DNA of 63,995 bases, counting the filler, from Malassezia furfur (Eukaryota): the NCBI GenBank assembly GCA_052055015.1. It is 15 parts of 15 records of this genome, joined end to end, with 100 filler letters (N's around TTAATTAATTAA, not from the genome) between each part and the next. Parts side by side here need not be neighbours in the genome. Positions count along the whole stretch, not along the records: positions 1 to 4,353 come from JBQJIT010000684.1; positions 4,454 to 8,791 come from JBQJIT010000685.1; positions 8,892 to 13,218 come from JBQJIT010000686.1; 12 more parts are not named here. The stretch is one strand, 5' to 3'. Positions 1 through 11,208 of the stretch are shown here, one piece after another. The stretch's first letter is position 1, and each line of letters begins with the position of its first letter. A model generated the notes under the pieces. The model searched no databases, was not told where the DNA came from, and saw nothing but the letters and a program-made list of their open reading frames with translations. The position numbers were made by a program, and so were the translations under genes.

Positions 1-64
1 GAACGAACGAAGCGCCCACGAGCAGGAAGCCCAGCAGCGCGGCGAGGCGCCCGGCAGTGCCCAT
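1..64 (-). CDS. 5' fragment of a probable secreted or membrane protein (runs off the window)
   Basis: ATG at 64 on the minus strand reads MGTAGRLAALLGFLLVGASFVR, a signal-peptide-like hydrophobic N-terminus; only 21 codons are visible. Confidence 0.35.
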   Translation of the reverse strand, partial: MGTAGRLAALLGFLLVGASFV

Positions 65-352
65 CGCGGCCAAAGGAGTGTGGTGGTGAGTTGGGGAGAA
101 CGGGGGTGGGCGATCAATTCACACGCGGCGTCGATCCTGCGAGTGCTGTAGCGCAAGAAGAGGAAGACGCTGCCGCCGCTTTCGTGCTGGGGTCCACTAG
201 CTCGCATGGTCAGGCCGCCCCTCCCAAAAAACTGCAAGGGAGCGCTCCGGCGGACTGGCATGTGGAGGTGGTGCAGCGAGGTGCAGCTCCGCCCCTCCCC
301 CCGCACGGGGCGCGCATCTCTGGGCCTGGGCCGATCGGATCGCCTACGGCAG

Positions 353-3300
353 CTACTCCTCCACATTGTAGAACGCGAACGACGGCGCGCCGGGCTCGGC
401 GCCCTCGACGATGGTGCGGTCAAAGCCGTGCTTGCCCTGCAGCTCGTCGGCACGCGCGAGCGCCTCCTTGGCGCTCTCGATGTGCACGTCGCGGAAGTTG
501 AGCGTCTTCTTCAGGTAGCCGCTCGACGCCGCAAGCGTCTCCTTCTCGTTGAACGGCAGCTGGCGGTTGAACGCCATCTCCGGGCCAAACTCGGCGATGC
601 GCTTCTTGAACGCCATCACGAAGGGCATCGCCTTCTTGTCCTTGAGCAGGCCGGCCTTGGCGATCTCCTCGCGCACCTTGGCGTCGTCGACCTGGCCCGT
701 CTTGGGGTCGTAGTGCTGCTGCACCGCGTTCACACACACGTCCTGCCACGCGGGGAAGGCGTCGGCAACAAAGATGCACACCTCCTTGGGCTTGCGCTCG
801 TTGTACTTCTCCGAGGGCGCCTGGCCCTTGACCTTGCGGCGCGTCACGGCGATCTCGGCGTCGCGGATCGTCTTGATCGTGCCGCGGACGTAGGCGGCGG
901 CGGCGGTGAGCGCCGCGTCCTCCGGCTGCGCCTCGGGGAAGCGCGCGTCGTGCACGGTGGTCGTGTGGCCCAGCACGCCCTTCCAGATGTGTTCGGCAAA
1001 GTGCGGTGCGATGGGCGCAATGAGCAGCGCCTGCGTCTCGATCCAGAGGCGCACGAGGTCGGCATGCATGCCGATGTCGGCCGTCGCCTCGCGGTACAGG
1101 TCGCGCGACGACTGCAGCTCATAGAAGCCCATCTTCGTCACCTCCTTGTACGCCGCGCGCTCGTACGCGTCCTTCGTCGCGGCGATCGCCGCCTGGATCT
1201 CGTTGGCAAACGTGCGGTCCCAGAACGCGTCACGTGCGCCCGTGCGCAGCTCGCCGGCGTTCGCCTTGGCGATCATCTCGGTGCACCAGTCGATCAGCGT
1301 GTGGAAGCGGAGGATGTTGGCGTTCGCCGTCTTTTCCTCGAAGTTGGCGTCCTCGATGCCGTCGCCCGCGTCGGCGAGCGACACACGCGAGGCGTCCGCG
1401 CCGAACTTCTCGACGGACTGGCGCAGGGAGAGCGTGTTGCCGGTGCTCTTGGACATCTTGGCGCCGTTGAGCATCAGGTGGCCGTTGGCGCGCATCGCCC
1501 GCGGCCAGTGCTTCTCGGGGAAGATGGCGGCGTGGTTGTAGATGCAGAACGTCAGGTGGTTGTTGATCAGGTCCTTGCCCGAGGAGCGCAGGTCCATCGG
1601 GTAGAAGTACTCAAACTCACGGCGCAGCTTGTCCGCCTTTTCGCGCGGGAGCGGCGCGTCGGTAGGCCACGGGCCGCCGGTCAGGATGTAGTCCCACACG
1701 TCGTCCGTGAGCTGGTCGGGCGTCACGCCGAGCGGGCCCGTCTTGCTGCCGTCCGCAACGCCGCCCTGCAGCTGGTAGGCGACGGTGTAGTACGCCATGT
1801 AGATCGTCGAGTCGCTCAAGCTCTCCACCAGGAACTGCGGGTCCCACGGCAGCTTCGAGCCGAGGCCGTACGAGCGCGCGCACGCCCACTGGTGCAGCCA
1901 GGCGAGTACGCCCTCGAACGAGTTGCGCGTCTCGGTCTGGTAGGTGTTCATCTGCGCCAGGAGCTTCTCCGCCTGCGCCTTCCACGTCGGCTCGCCGTAG
2001 TCCAGGTACCACTGGTCGCACAGCGCCACCACACAGTCGTCGCCGCTGCGCGACACGATGCGCCCCTCGGGCTCCGCGTACGCAAACGCAAGCTGGTCGG
2101 CGATCAAGTCGCGCTGCACCTTGGGCTTCGCCTCCTGCACGCTCTCGCCCTTGTACTTGCCGACGAGCATCGTGCCGTTGTAGAAGCCCTGCTTGTACGC
2201 CACCTCCTTGGCCTCGGCGAGCGCGTTGCGGTCCTTGGGGCTCTGCACCTTGAACTGCTTCACGAGGTCCTCGGCGATCATCTCGCTGTACCCGGGCGCC
2301 TGGATCACCGGCACCGGGTCAAACGTCAGCCACTGCGGGTCGACGTGGTAGAACTCGGCCTTCTTGCGCAGCTCCATCAGGTTCGCGTAGTCGTCCGGCG
2401 AGTCGCTCGGCACGCTCGTCACCACACCCGTGCCCTTGGTGGCCAGCACCGAGTCCATCGGCAGCACATACACCTCGTTGTGCACCGCGTACGGCGCCTT
2501 GATGCGCGTCCCGACGAGGTCTGCGCCGTGCACCTTGGCGAGGCACTCGACCTTGCCGCGCGTGTCGACAATGCCCTGGTACGCAAAGTTGCGCGCCGCG
2601 CGCTCCGTGCAGACGTACACGTCGGTGTCGTTCACCGCATACGCGCCGTACTCGAGCTTCGGGCCGACGTAGCAGTTCGTCTGGCCGTACATCGTCTCGG
2701 GGCGCAGCGTCGCGGCGACCAAAAAGACGCGCTTGCCCTGCAGCTGGGCGTCGAGGAGCGGCGCAGCGTCCTTGCCCCACTGCACCACCTCCATCTTCAG
2801 GCCGGTGTACTCCTGCGGGCCGAGGCCCTCGCCCTCGGAGCGGTCGTGGTCCATGCACGGCTGCCCGTCCTTCGGCGAGAAGATGGTGTAGCGCTCGCCG
2901 AACTTAATCTTGTCCATGGCACGCAGCTTGTTCACCTGCCAGCGCACGAACGAGTCATAGTACGGGTTCACGTCCGTGGTGATGAACGCACGGCGCCAGT
3001 CGATGCGCAGACCAAACTCGGTCGTGTCGCGCTGCGCGATCGGCGGGAAGTAGTGCAGCCAGTACAGCGGGTCGGCGAAGCGCTTGATCTCCTCGCGCGG
3101 CACACCGCTGTTCTCCATGATCTGGAACTGGTACTTGAGCCCGGTGTTCTTCCCGGCGAGCTTGCCCTTGGTCGCCTTGTCGACGCGCTGCGCGTCGCCG
3201 CCGCCGGACGCCTTGACCTCGGCCTCGGCCTCGGCCTTGGCCTCCGCCTCGACCTGCGCGTCGTACTTGGCAAAGTCCTCGCCAAACAGCTCAATCTCGC

Positions 3301-3710
3301 GGATCAGCTTGTCGGCCGCGGCGCGGATCGGCATGCCCGTGCAGTGGAACGCCCACGGGAACAGGGCGCGCTTGCCGAGCATCCGCTCGTAGCCCGTGGC
3401 GAACTCGACCTTGGACAGCGTAAACGCGTGGCCGAGGTGCAGCGAGCCGTTCATGTACGCGTACGGGATCGTCGCAAAAAACTTGGGGTACTTGGCGCGG
3501 ATCTCCTCGGGGGAGAGGTCCTGCAGCGCCGCATCGTTCGTCGGCGAGTCGACGTCAAAGACGTGCGCCTCGCGCCACTCTTGCTGGTACTTTTGCTCGA
3601 GCGAGCGCAGAAAGTCGCGCTTCGCGGTCTGGGGTCAGCACACGCCGCACACGCACATTCTCCAGTTTGATGGGGCCCGCGGCTGGAGCCGCTGCTGGTT
3701 TCGCACTCAT
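353..3710 (-). CDS. CDC60: Cytoplasmic leucyl-tRNA synthetase
   Basis: PYAYMNGSLHLGH (HIGH) and KMSKS motifs plus the editing domain (KGTGVVTSVPSDSPDD). True start MSAKPAAA at 3710, with a 28-nt intron at 3629-3656 (GTGCGT..CTGAC..CAG). Confidence 0.97.
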
Positions 3711-3804
3711 CACAGCCCGCGTGCAAAAGAGTCGCTGGATCAAACGCACCGTCCTGCTAGCGGCGCTCCGCGCTGGAAGAAAGGAAAGAAGCCGGTCACG
3801 TGCG

Positions 3805-4353
3805 ATGCCCACCATGCCGCCCGACCGGGGGGGCCTCGAGGCGTACGCGCTCGCGGCGCCCGCGTGGCGCCCGCCGCTTCACGACGCCGCGGAGCTCGGC
3901 TGGCCGGGGCTGAACGTCCCGCAGCCCACCGAGCTCACTTCCGGCGCCGTGCGCCACGGATGGACCGTGCCGCCGTGCGTCGCGAACGAGGGCGCTTCCG
4001 TCCACGAGCAGATCCACGATCGCCTCGTGCGGCCCGCGACGCTCGGCCTCCTCAATGCGCTGCTCGACGGCGTGCAGCGCCAGCGCCGCGCCGCGCACCC
4101 ACACACGCTCGATGCGCACGCGTTTGCCGTGCCGGGGCGCGTCACGCTCAACGAGGCCAAGCGCGCGCTCTACGTCCGTGCGCTCGTCGACCCGGGCGCG
4201 CCGCTCGCGCACCTCGCGCGCCATGTCCCGCACGGGTACCGCGGCGAAACGCTCCTCGAGATGCTCTGGCACGGCGACGGCACGCGCCCGGTGCCCGTGC
4301 CGCGCGCCGTGTGGTTCGTGCAGGCGTGCGGCGCCAGCGACGTCCACGCCGCG
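3805..4353 (+). CDS. MED12: Mediator kinase-module subunit Med12/Srb8, N-terminal fragment
   Basis: VPGRVTLNEAKRALYVRALVDPGAPLAHLARHVPHGYRG...PVPRAVWFV matches the Med12 N-terminal domain. Start at 3805 or 3814; truncated by contig end. Confidence 0.75.
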
Positions 4354-4453
4354 NNNNNNNNNNNNNNNNNNNNNNNNNNNNNNNNNNNNNNNNNNNNTTA
4401 ATTAATTAANNNNNNNNNNNNNNNNNNNNNNNNNNNNNNNNNNNNNNNNNNNN
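4354..4453. other. Artificial contig linker (N-run, TTAATTAATTAA, N-run); first of 14
   Basis: The same 100-nt spacer with stops in all six frames recurs at 8792, 13219, 17635, 22009, 26381, 30749, 35097, 39439, 43778, 48111, 52428, 56726 and 61009. Contig lengths fall monotonically from 4338 to 4183 bp. Confidence 0.99.
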
Positions 4454-4606
4454 TGGCGCGGGCGCGGGCGCCGGTGTCGCCGCGGGCGCCGGTGCGGGCG
4501 CGTCCTCCTTGGGCGGCGCCGGGTCGTCGTCCTCGGCAAAGTCGCCCAGGTAGTTGCCAAACGCGTCGTACCGCGGCACTTTTTTGCGCTTGCGCGCCTC
4601 GGCCAT
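4454..4606 (-). CDS. SNU114: Probable U5 snRNP GTPase Snu114/EFTUD2, N-terminal fragment
   Basis: YDAFGNYLG followed by acidic residues resembles the Snu114 N-terminal YDEFGNYIG motif; truncated at contig end. Confidence 0.55.
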
Positions 4607-4646
4607 GGCGTGGAGGAAGAATAGCTTACTAAGCATTGGTATCGAG

Positions 4647-5789
4647 CTACGGCGCCAGCGCGTCGGCGATGGCGAACGACGCGGCGTCCGTGGCCGCGCC
4701 GGTGGCCGACGACGGCGGCGCCGAGGCGTCCGCCGCATCGGTTTTCGGGGGCTGCTTGTCGCCCTGCGGCGCTTGCGGCTCGGTGGCCGCGAGCGTGCGC
4801 ATCTCCTCGGCGTACAGCTCCTGGATCAGCGCGCCGCCCAGCTTCTCTTCGAGCCACTCGAGCGCGCCCAGGTCCATCACCACCTTGGGGTACTGCAGCA
4901 CCTGGTACGCGTGCAGCTCACCGGGTTGCTTGGCGTGCTCGGGGCGCGGGCGGGCGTGCGGCGGAAGCGTATGCAGCGCCAGCACCTCGACGTTGGGCAG
5001 GTTGCGCGCGGCCAACGTAAAGTTGCGCGCGTAGCGCGCGTGGCGCGCCACCTGCTCCGCGTCGTACGCCATGTCGGCCGCCGACGGACGTGCCTCGGCC
5101 GCACGGTCGCTCGCGGGGTTCGTCGGCCGCCGCGGCGCGGTGAGGAACACGGCGTGGTCCCACGCCTTGTCGCGCAGCAGGCGCGCAAGCTTGTTCGTCG
5201 ACACAGGCGGGCGCTGCCACTGCAGGCTCGGCACAATGTGCAGGTTGCCCTCACGCAGGCGCGCACTGAGCGCCGAGCGCAGCGCCAGTTCGCGGACCTT
5301 GCGCGGGAGGTCCGTCGCAAAGTCGCGCGGGTGCGGGCCGTGCGCGACACCACCCTTGCGGAGCATCGGGTTGCCCGCGTCGCTCAGGCGGGCGTGGCCG
5401 GTGCCCTTCTGCGGGCGCAGACGCTTGCCCGAGAAGGCGACGTCGGAGCGCGTCTTCGTGCTCGCCGTGCCGCTGCGCAGCGCATCCAAATAGTACACGG
5501 TGGCGAGGTGCATGGCATGCTGGTGCGGCGACGTGTTGAACACGTGTGACGAGAGCGGCACGTACTGGCGCGCCGCGCGGTCGTTGCCCGCCGGCCGCGT
5601 CGCCGGATCGAGGTAGGCGAGGCGCGCGTGCACCACGGGCGCGGTGCGCTCCAGCGCGAAAAACTCGGGCGTCGGAGCGGGAACCGCGTCCTCGCCCGCG
5701 GCGTGGGTGCGCGAGGCGCTCGTGTGCACCGGGCGCGCGGCGTGCGTGCCCAGCCATCCGCGCGCGCTTCGCACGGCGCGGCTCAGCAT
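4647..5789 (-). CDS. YML6: Mitochondrial ribosomal protein uL4m (YmL6)
   Basis: TASTKTRSDVAFSGKRLRPQKGTGHAR...GGVAHGPHPRD L4 signature; Arg-rich mitochondrial presequence. Confidence 0.92.
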   Translation of the reverse strand: MLSRAVRSARGWLGTHAARPVHTSASRTHAAGEDAVPAPTPEFFALERTAPVVHARLAYLDPATRPAGNDRAARQYVPLSSHVFNTSPHQHAMHLATVYYLDALRSGTASTKTRSDVAFSGKRLRPQKGTGHARLSDAGNPMLRKGGVAHGPHPRDFATDLPRKVRELALRSALSARLREGNLHIVPSLQWQRPPVSTNKLARLLRDKAWDHAVFLTAPRRPTNPASDRAAEARPSAADMAYDAEQVARHARYARNFTLAARNLPNVEVLALHTLPPHARPRPEHAKQPGELHAYQVLQYPKVVMDLGALEWLEEKLGGALIQELYAEEMRTLAATEPQAPQGDKQPPKTDAADASAPPSSATGAATDAASFAIADALAP

Positions 5790-5962
5790 GGTCGTTTCGG
5801 CGGACGACGTGGTCTTCGGCCGAGATATTAGTCAGCGATGAAACTGTATGGTTCCGCGCGCATCACGTGGATGTACGCGAAAAGCAGCGCCGCGCCGACG
5901 GCGTCCCATTGTTCCCTCACATCAAGGTGGGTGCGCTGCACGACCGCCCGTACTGACCACAG

Positions 5963-6432
5963 ATGTCTGAGTCGAAGGGTGCTACGCCGTTCGTTTCGTG
6001 CTTCGGCAAGAAGAAGACCGCGACGGCTGTCGCCCACGCTCGCGAGGGCAAGGGCCTCATCCGCCTCAACGGCCAGCCGCTCAGCCTCGTGACCCCCGAG
6101 ACGCTCCGCATCAAGGCGTTTGAGCCGGTGCTCGTCGTCGGCGAGGACAAGTTCGCGTACGTTTCTCCGCGCTGACCAGCAGCAACGTCGACATCCGCAT
6201 CAAGGTCTCGGGTGGTGGCCACGTCTCGCAGATCTACGCGATCCGCCAGGCGATTGCCAAGGCGCTCGTCGCTTACTACGCCAAGTACTACGACGCCGCC
6301 TCGGCGCTCGAGCTCCGCCAGCTCTTCATCTCGTACGACCGCACGCTCCTCATTGCCGACCCGCGCCGCTGCGAGCCCAAGAAGTTCGGTGGTCGTGGTG
6401 CGCGCGCGCGCCGCCAGAAGTCGTACCGTTAA
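5963..6432 (+). CDS. RPS16: 40S ribosomal protein uS9 (S16)
   Basis: [12 protein letters not shown]...[17 protein letters not shown]...[17 protein letters not shown]. Intron 6157-6179 or 6157-6182; a 5'UTR intron at 5927-5962 abuts the ATG. Confidence 0.97.
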
Positions 6433-6793
6433 GGTGCACTGTGCACAGGACCTTGTGTGGATCGTTTGCCGGATCCTGCCGGGCCTGGGCTGGATGGAGC
6501 GCGGTGCTCTGTAACCTACGCATGCGGCCTGGGTGGGCCGCGTCGCGAAAACCTCGTGTATCCAGAGGAATATATGCCTTTACCCCCATGTGTGTGTGTG
6601 TTGGAAGAGCCGCTGGATCTTCCCGTACGTAGTTGTGTGTGTGTGCGTGCATTGGGTGCGCCGGTGCGGCGCTGGCGGGGCGCTGTGGGTGTTCGGCGGC
6701 AGGCACGCCGCCTGATCGCCTTATTGGCCCTTCGGCCGCCCCCTCTCCGCCCCCTCGTCCGTCGCTCAATCCGTCGTCGCTGGCTCTGTCTAA

Positions 6794-8374
6794 CTACTTG
6801 GCCTCGGCACGCGGGCGCGACTGCAGCTCCTGTAGCCGCTGGGCCAGGCGCTGCGACTCGGTGACAATCACCGCCTCGTTCACCCACGCGCCCTGGAAGG
6901 TCTCGGCGTGCCGCATCTCCTCCGCGCCAAAGTCGGCCACGCCGCCTGCCCCGTCGCCCCGCCCGCCGTGCACGGTGCCGAGCAGGGTATCCAAGTCGCG
7001 TGCCTGGCTCGCGATCCACGTGTGCAGGTGCTGCTGCGGGTCCTGCGCAAACGACGTAAAGAACTGGCGCGCCGCGGCGCGGTTCCGAATCGTCATGGCG
7101 GTCTGGGCAATCTGCTCGTCGAGCGCTGCAATCTCGTTGCTCGTCGCGCTGTTGGCATCGAAGCGCGCCAGCACGTTGTGCTGCCGCGTGCGCACCGCCC
7201 AGTCGTCCATCTCGAGCTCGATGTCAAACGCAAACGGGTGCTTGTGCTCCGCCTTGTCGGTGTGCACGACGTACTCGAGCACGATCGGCTGCGGAGGGTG
7301 CAAGAACCGGTGCAGCACCTCGGGTATGTGGTGGAAGTTGATCGTGGGCGTGCGGAAGAGCGCCTGGAGCGGTGCATCCAGCCGCACGACGCGGTGGTCG
7401 TTGTCGTCGAGCAGGCGGCGGCTCTTGATGTAGCCCCACAGCGCACTCAGCACGCCCGCACGCGTGTCCTCCTGCACGTCGAGCAGCTGCGCCAGCGGCT
7501 GGGCCACCGAGTAGCGCTCGGGCACATACAGGGGATACAGCACAATCTTGGCTTTGACCGGCACACTGCCCGTGCGCTTGATCTCGAAGCCGTCCAGCGC
7601 GGGCTCCGCCGAGTGGATCAGCGGGTGCTCCGTCGCGGTGCTCCCGCCCGTGCCGGGCACCGGCGGCTGCGGCGCCACGGCCGGCGCCGGGCGGTGCCAT
7701 TCCACCACATCGCCCTGGCCGCCGTCGGGGTACAGCGCCGGGTCGCGCTCGAGCTCCACGACGCACGACTTGATCAGGTTGCTGAACTTGTGGGCGCCGA
7801 TCCGGCTCGCGGTCGCCTGCGCGGACAGCGCTGCCCCCGCGCGCGACCGGAAACTCGGGTCGAGCAGGCGGCCCTCGATGCGCAGCGTCCACGAGGGGAC
7901 CTCTTGCGCGGCCTTCTCCTTCGTGCGCGCATCGAGCTCGTCGCCGTCCAGCTCCTCGGCGGCGCCGCCGTCCTTTTGCTCGAGCTGGAACGGCTGGTTC
8001 GCACACGTGTTGCTCACAAACACGCGCAGCGTCCGCTTCACCCGCGGCGGCTTGCCCATCGAGTCCATCAGCTCGGCACGCTTGCGCGCAATCGTCCAGT
8101 CGAGCTTGCGCTCCATGCGCTGCAGGTCCGCGTACACCGCGCTCTCCTTCACCTGCCGCTTGAGCGAGGGCGGCAGACTGCGGTCCGTCGGCCGGTCGCG
8201 CTTCGTGCCGCGGAAGCCCTCGCCGACAAGGATATCGTAGTGGTTGCGCACGCGGATCCGCTGCGCCTGCTGCTGCGCCTGCTGCTGCGCCTGCTGGGCA
8301 GGCTGCGCGGCGGCTTGTGCGCCCGCCCCGCGCGCGTACGTGCTCTGCGCCCCGGTCGCGCCCGCCGAATACAT
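6794..8374 (-). CDS. SNF12: SWI/SNF-RSC subunit Snf12/Rsc6 (BAF60/SMARCD family)
   Basis: [24 protein letters not shown] and the SWIB domain ([10 protein letters not shown]), plus WIASQARDL. Confidence 0.9.
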   Translation of the reverse strand: MYSAGATGAQSTYARGAGAQAAAQPAQQAQQQAQQQAQRIRVRNHYDILVGEGFRGTKRDRPTDRSLPPSLKRQVKESAVYADLQRMERKLDWTIARKRAELMDSMGKPPRVKRTLRVFVSNTCANQPFQLEQKDGGAAEELDGDELDARTKEKAAQEVPSWTLRIEGRLLDPSFRSRAGAALSAQATASRIGAHKFSNLIKSCVVELERDPALYPDGGQGDVVEWHRPAPAVAPQPPVPGTGGSTATEHPLIHSAEPALDGFEIKRTGSVPVKAKIVLYPLYVPERYSVAQPLAQLLDVQEDTRAGVLSALWGYIKSRRLLDDNDHRVVRLDAPLQALFRTPTINFHHIPEVLHRFLHPPQPIVLEYVVHTDKAEHKHPFAFDIELEMDDWAVRTRQHNVLARFDANSATSNEIAALDEQIAQTAMTIRNRAAARQFFTSFAQDPQQHLHTWIASQARDLDTLLGTVHGGRGDGAGGVADFGAEEMRHAETFQGAWVNEAVIVTESQRLAQRLQELQSRPRAEAK

Positions 8375-8446
8375 CGCGGCTCCACGCAAGGCGCGCGCGC
8401 AGATGGGGAATTATGGGCACCGCACATCCCCGCCCCTTGCAACGCC

Positions 8447-8791
8447 ATGGCCCCCGCCGAGACGCCTGCCCGGCGCGAACTGGACGCCGCGTCGCCGGAC
8501 GCGGCCACCCGCCCGATCCAGACCAAGCTTGTGCTGCTCGGCGAGGCGGCGGTCGGCAAGACCTCGGTCGTCCACCGCTTCGTCCAGGACGATTTCCAGG
8601 AGAACCGCGAGCCGACGATCGGCGCCGCCTTCCTCACGGTACGTCGGCCCCGCGCCACGGCTGACGCGCGCAGCAGCGGTGCCGCCTCGAGGACCGCCTG
8701 ATCAAGTTCGAGATCTGGGACACCGCCGGCCAGGAGCGCTTCCACAGCCTCGCGCCGATGTACTATCGCAATGCACAGGCCAGCGCCGTCG
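8447..8791 (+). CDS. Rab5-family GTPase (Vps21/Ypt5-like), 5' fragment
   Basis: [42 protein letters not shown]; 35-nt intron 8639-8673. Confidence 0.93.
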
Positions 8792-8955
8792 NNNNNNNNN
8801 NNNNNNNNNNNNNNNNNNNNNNNNNNNNNNNNNNNTTAATTAATTAANNNNNNNNNNNNNNNNNNNNNNNNNNNNNNNNNNNNNNNNNNNNCACACGCTC
8901 GCCCCACGCCCCCCAGCCTGGCGCGCACGCGCGCACCTCCGCTCGCCCCGGCGCC

Positions 8956-9970
8956 ATGTCCGACGTACAGCAGCTCGCAGTGCTCGGCTGCGGCCAGATG
9001 GGCATCGGCATCGCGTTTGTCGCCGCCGTCCAGGCCCGTGTCCCGCGCATCGTTCTCGTCGACGTCAGCGCGGAGCAGGCCGAGCGCGGACGCGCCTCGC
9101 TCGCGGAACAGGTACGCAAGGCCGCCAAGTACCGCCGCATCGAGCCGCGCCTCGTTGACCCGATCCTCGACAGCGTGCACGTCGTCCATAGCATCGAGGA
9201 CCTCGCGTCCGCACACACGCCCGATCTCGTCATCGAGGCCGCCTCGGAGGACATGCACGTCAAGAAGCGCATCTTTCACACGCTGGCCAAGCACCTGCCG
9301 CTGCACGCGCTCCTCGCATCCAACACGTCCTCCCTCAGCATCACCACGCTCGCACGCGCCGCCGCCGACGCGTACACCGACGCCGCCAAGGCCGCCGCGA
9401 GCGCCGCCCGCGTACGTTGTGCCCCTTCTCACCCCAGGTGGTCGGCATCCACTTTTTCAACCCGGTGCAGGTGATGCGCCTCGTCGAGATCGTGCGTGCG
9501 CTGCAGACCAGCGACGAGGTCGTGCAGCGCGCCACGGCCTTCGCCGTCGCGTGCCGCAAGCGCACGGTGCTGTGCGTCGACACGCCGGGCTTCATCGTAA
9601 ACCGCATCAACATTGTCGGCATGCGCGAGGCAGTGCGCATGGCCGAGGCCAAGGAGGCTACGTACGAAGACATCGACAAGGCCATGATGCTCGGCATGCG
9701 CCACCCCATGGGCCCGCTGCGCCTCGCGGACTTTGTCGGACTGGTACGTCCACGCGGCTCACACAGGATATCTGTCTGCAGTACGTCGCCACGCGCCTCA
9801 CACAGCGTCATGGAGTCGATCTACGAAGCCACCGGCGAGCCACAGTACGCGCCGCCCGGCCTCCTGCGCCGCTTGGTGCAGGCCGGCTGGCTCGGCGTCA
9901 AGTCGGGCAAGGTACGTGCGCCGCCTCCACTCACGCGCAGGGCTTCTACGACTACCGCGCGAAGGCATAG
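8956..9970 (+). CDS. 3-hydroxybutyryl/3-hydroxyacyl-CoA dehydrogenase
   Basis: GCGQMG Rossmann motif, ASNTSSLSI, GIHFFNP, PGFIVNR, PMGPL. Introns 9412-9437, 9744-9766, 9781-9805 and 9912-9940 give one continuous ORF. Confidence 0.92.
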
Positions 9971-10075
9971 TGTGTTTAGTCAGCCCCAGCCCAGCCAACG
10001 AGCGGCGCCCGTTGACAAAGCCGCGCCGGCGATTTTGCCTCCCGGATCGATTGCCCGTCGCGCGCGTAGAGAGCC

Positions 10076-10539
10076 ATGTCTATTGCCCGCACCGTGGACT
10101 ACATCCGCAAGGGTGGTTTCGCCAAGTACTGGCGCGACATGCAGTACATCGACGATGCCAAGTGGGGCCGCATGGTCGGCATCGACTGGTACGTCGCGCG
10201 CGCACTCACACAGCAACGGCAACAAATACTGGGAAAACCTCGAGGAACAGCCGGGGCGCACGCGCTGGGTGGACTATGCGTCGCACGACGCCGACACCAC
10301 GCAGCTCGAGCCTATTTGGCACGCATGGCTCGTTCATACCCGCAAGGACCCTCCGAGCGAGGACCGCTCGCTCCAGCACTTTATGCACTCCTGGGAAGGC
10401 GTACGTACCCGGCCTACTCACCGCGCAGCCCATGAACGAGAACTTTACCGGCACGCGCGGCTCCTTCCGCACATACAACACGACCAAGCCCAAGCTGTAC
10501 GAGTGGGAGCCCAAGATCGCCCAGCGCGGCGGCCCATAG
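10076..10539 (+). CDS. NDUFA12: Complex I accessory subunit NDUFA12 (B17.2/N7BM)
   Basis: VGID-x-NGNKYWEN...RTRWVDY...EPIWHAWL...NFTGT..YNTTKPKL; introns 10189-10213 and 10401-10428. Confidence 0.9.
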
Positions 10540-10639
10540 TGGGGTAGACACGCGCGATTGCACCTTTTTTTTGGGTTCGGACAGGACAGCGCGTACACCG
10601 TATCCACACTACGGAGGCAACGGCGCAGGTGCGCCACGT

Positions 10640-11179
10640 CTACTTGCCCTGCGTCAGTCGCGCGACGCACCTCCTTCGCCTTGAGCGCCTGCTCGTGCAC
10701 CCAGTCGTTCATCCCGCGGCGGCAGCGCGCGATCTCAAACACGTAGAACTGGAACCGCGTCACTGGGTCAGCTTCGGCACGTACGGAAAATCGTGTTGGT
10801 CTGTGTGTACTCGTCCGAGGCATTGGTCCGGATCAGCGTGCCGAAGTTGAAGTCGGCGACTGCGTCAGCGCACGTCCGACACACCCTTCTTTTCGTACTT
10901 GGCGATAAACTCGCGCCACTTGGTCTTGCCGTGCGCGCTCTTCATCTCGTCCTCGTTGATCACACGCACGGCCTGGTCGTCGCCAAACACGTCCGGGAGG
11001 ATCGCCTCAAACTCGGCCATAATCTCGTCATCGTACTTGGTCAGGCGCAGCTTCGAGCCCTTGATCCGCTCCAGCAGGTTCCAGTAGGTCTGCGCATGCT
11101 CCACGCAGCGCACCGCGATCTGCTTCTCGATCTCGGGCAGGTTCTCGGCCTGGTTCGGGTCAAACGTGTCCATCGACAT
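10640..11179 (-). CDS. PBDC1: PBDC1/Ypl225w (Chp1) family eEF1A chaperone
   Basis: NLPEIEKQIAV..HAQTYWNLL..LRLTKYDDEI..KTKWREF..DFNFGTLIR..RFQFYVFEIAR; introns 10860-10884, 10763-10784 and 10649-10670. Confidence 0.88.
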
Positions 11180-11208
11180 GGCGGTAGAGAGCGCCACGTG
11201 ACGCCTCC

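Noticed and set aside
206..3670. Very long antisense or alternate-frame ORFs (e.g. 206-3670, 35355-38756, 52480-55746)
   Set aside because: These are shadow ORFs caused by extreme GC3 bias opposite real genes; they are Arg/Ala-rich with no recognisable motifs.
6433..6793. Possible ncRNA between RPS16 and SNF12 (GT runs, small hairpins)
   Set aside because: No recognisable snRNA, snoRNA or SRP motifs; adequately explained as convergent 3'UTRs.
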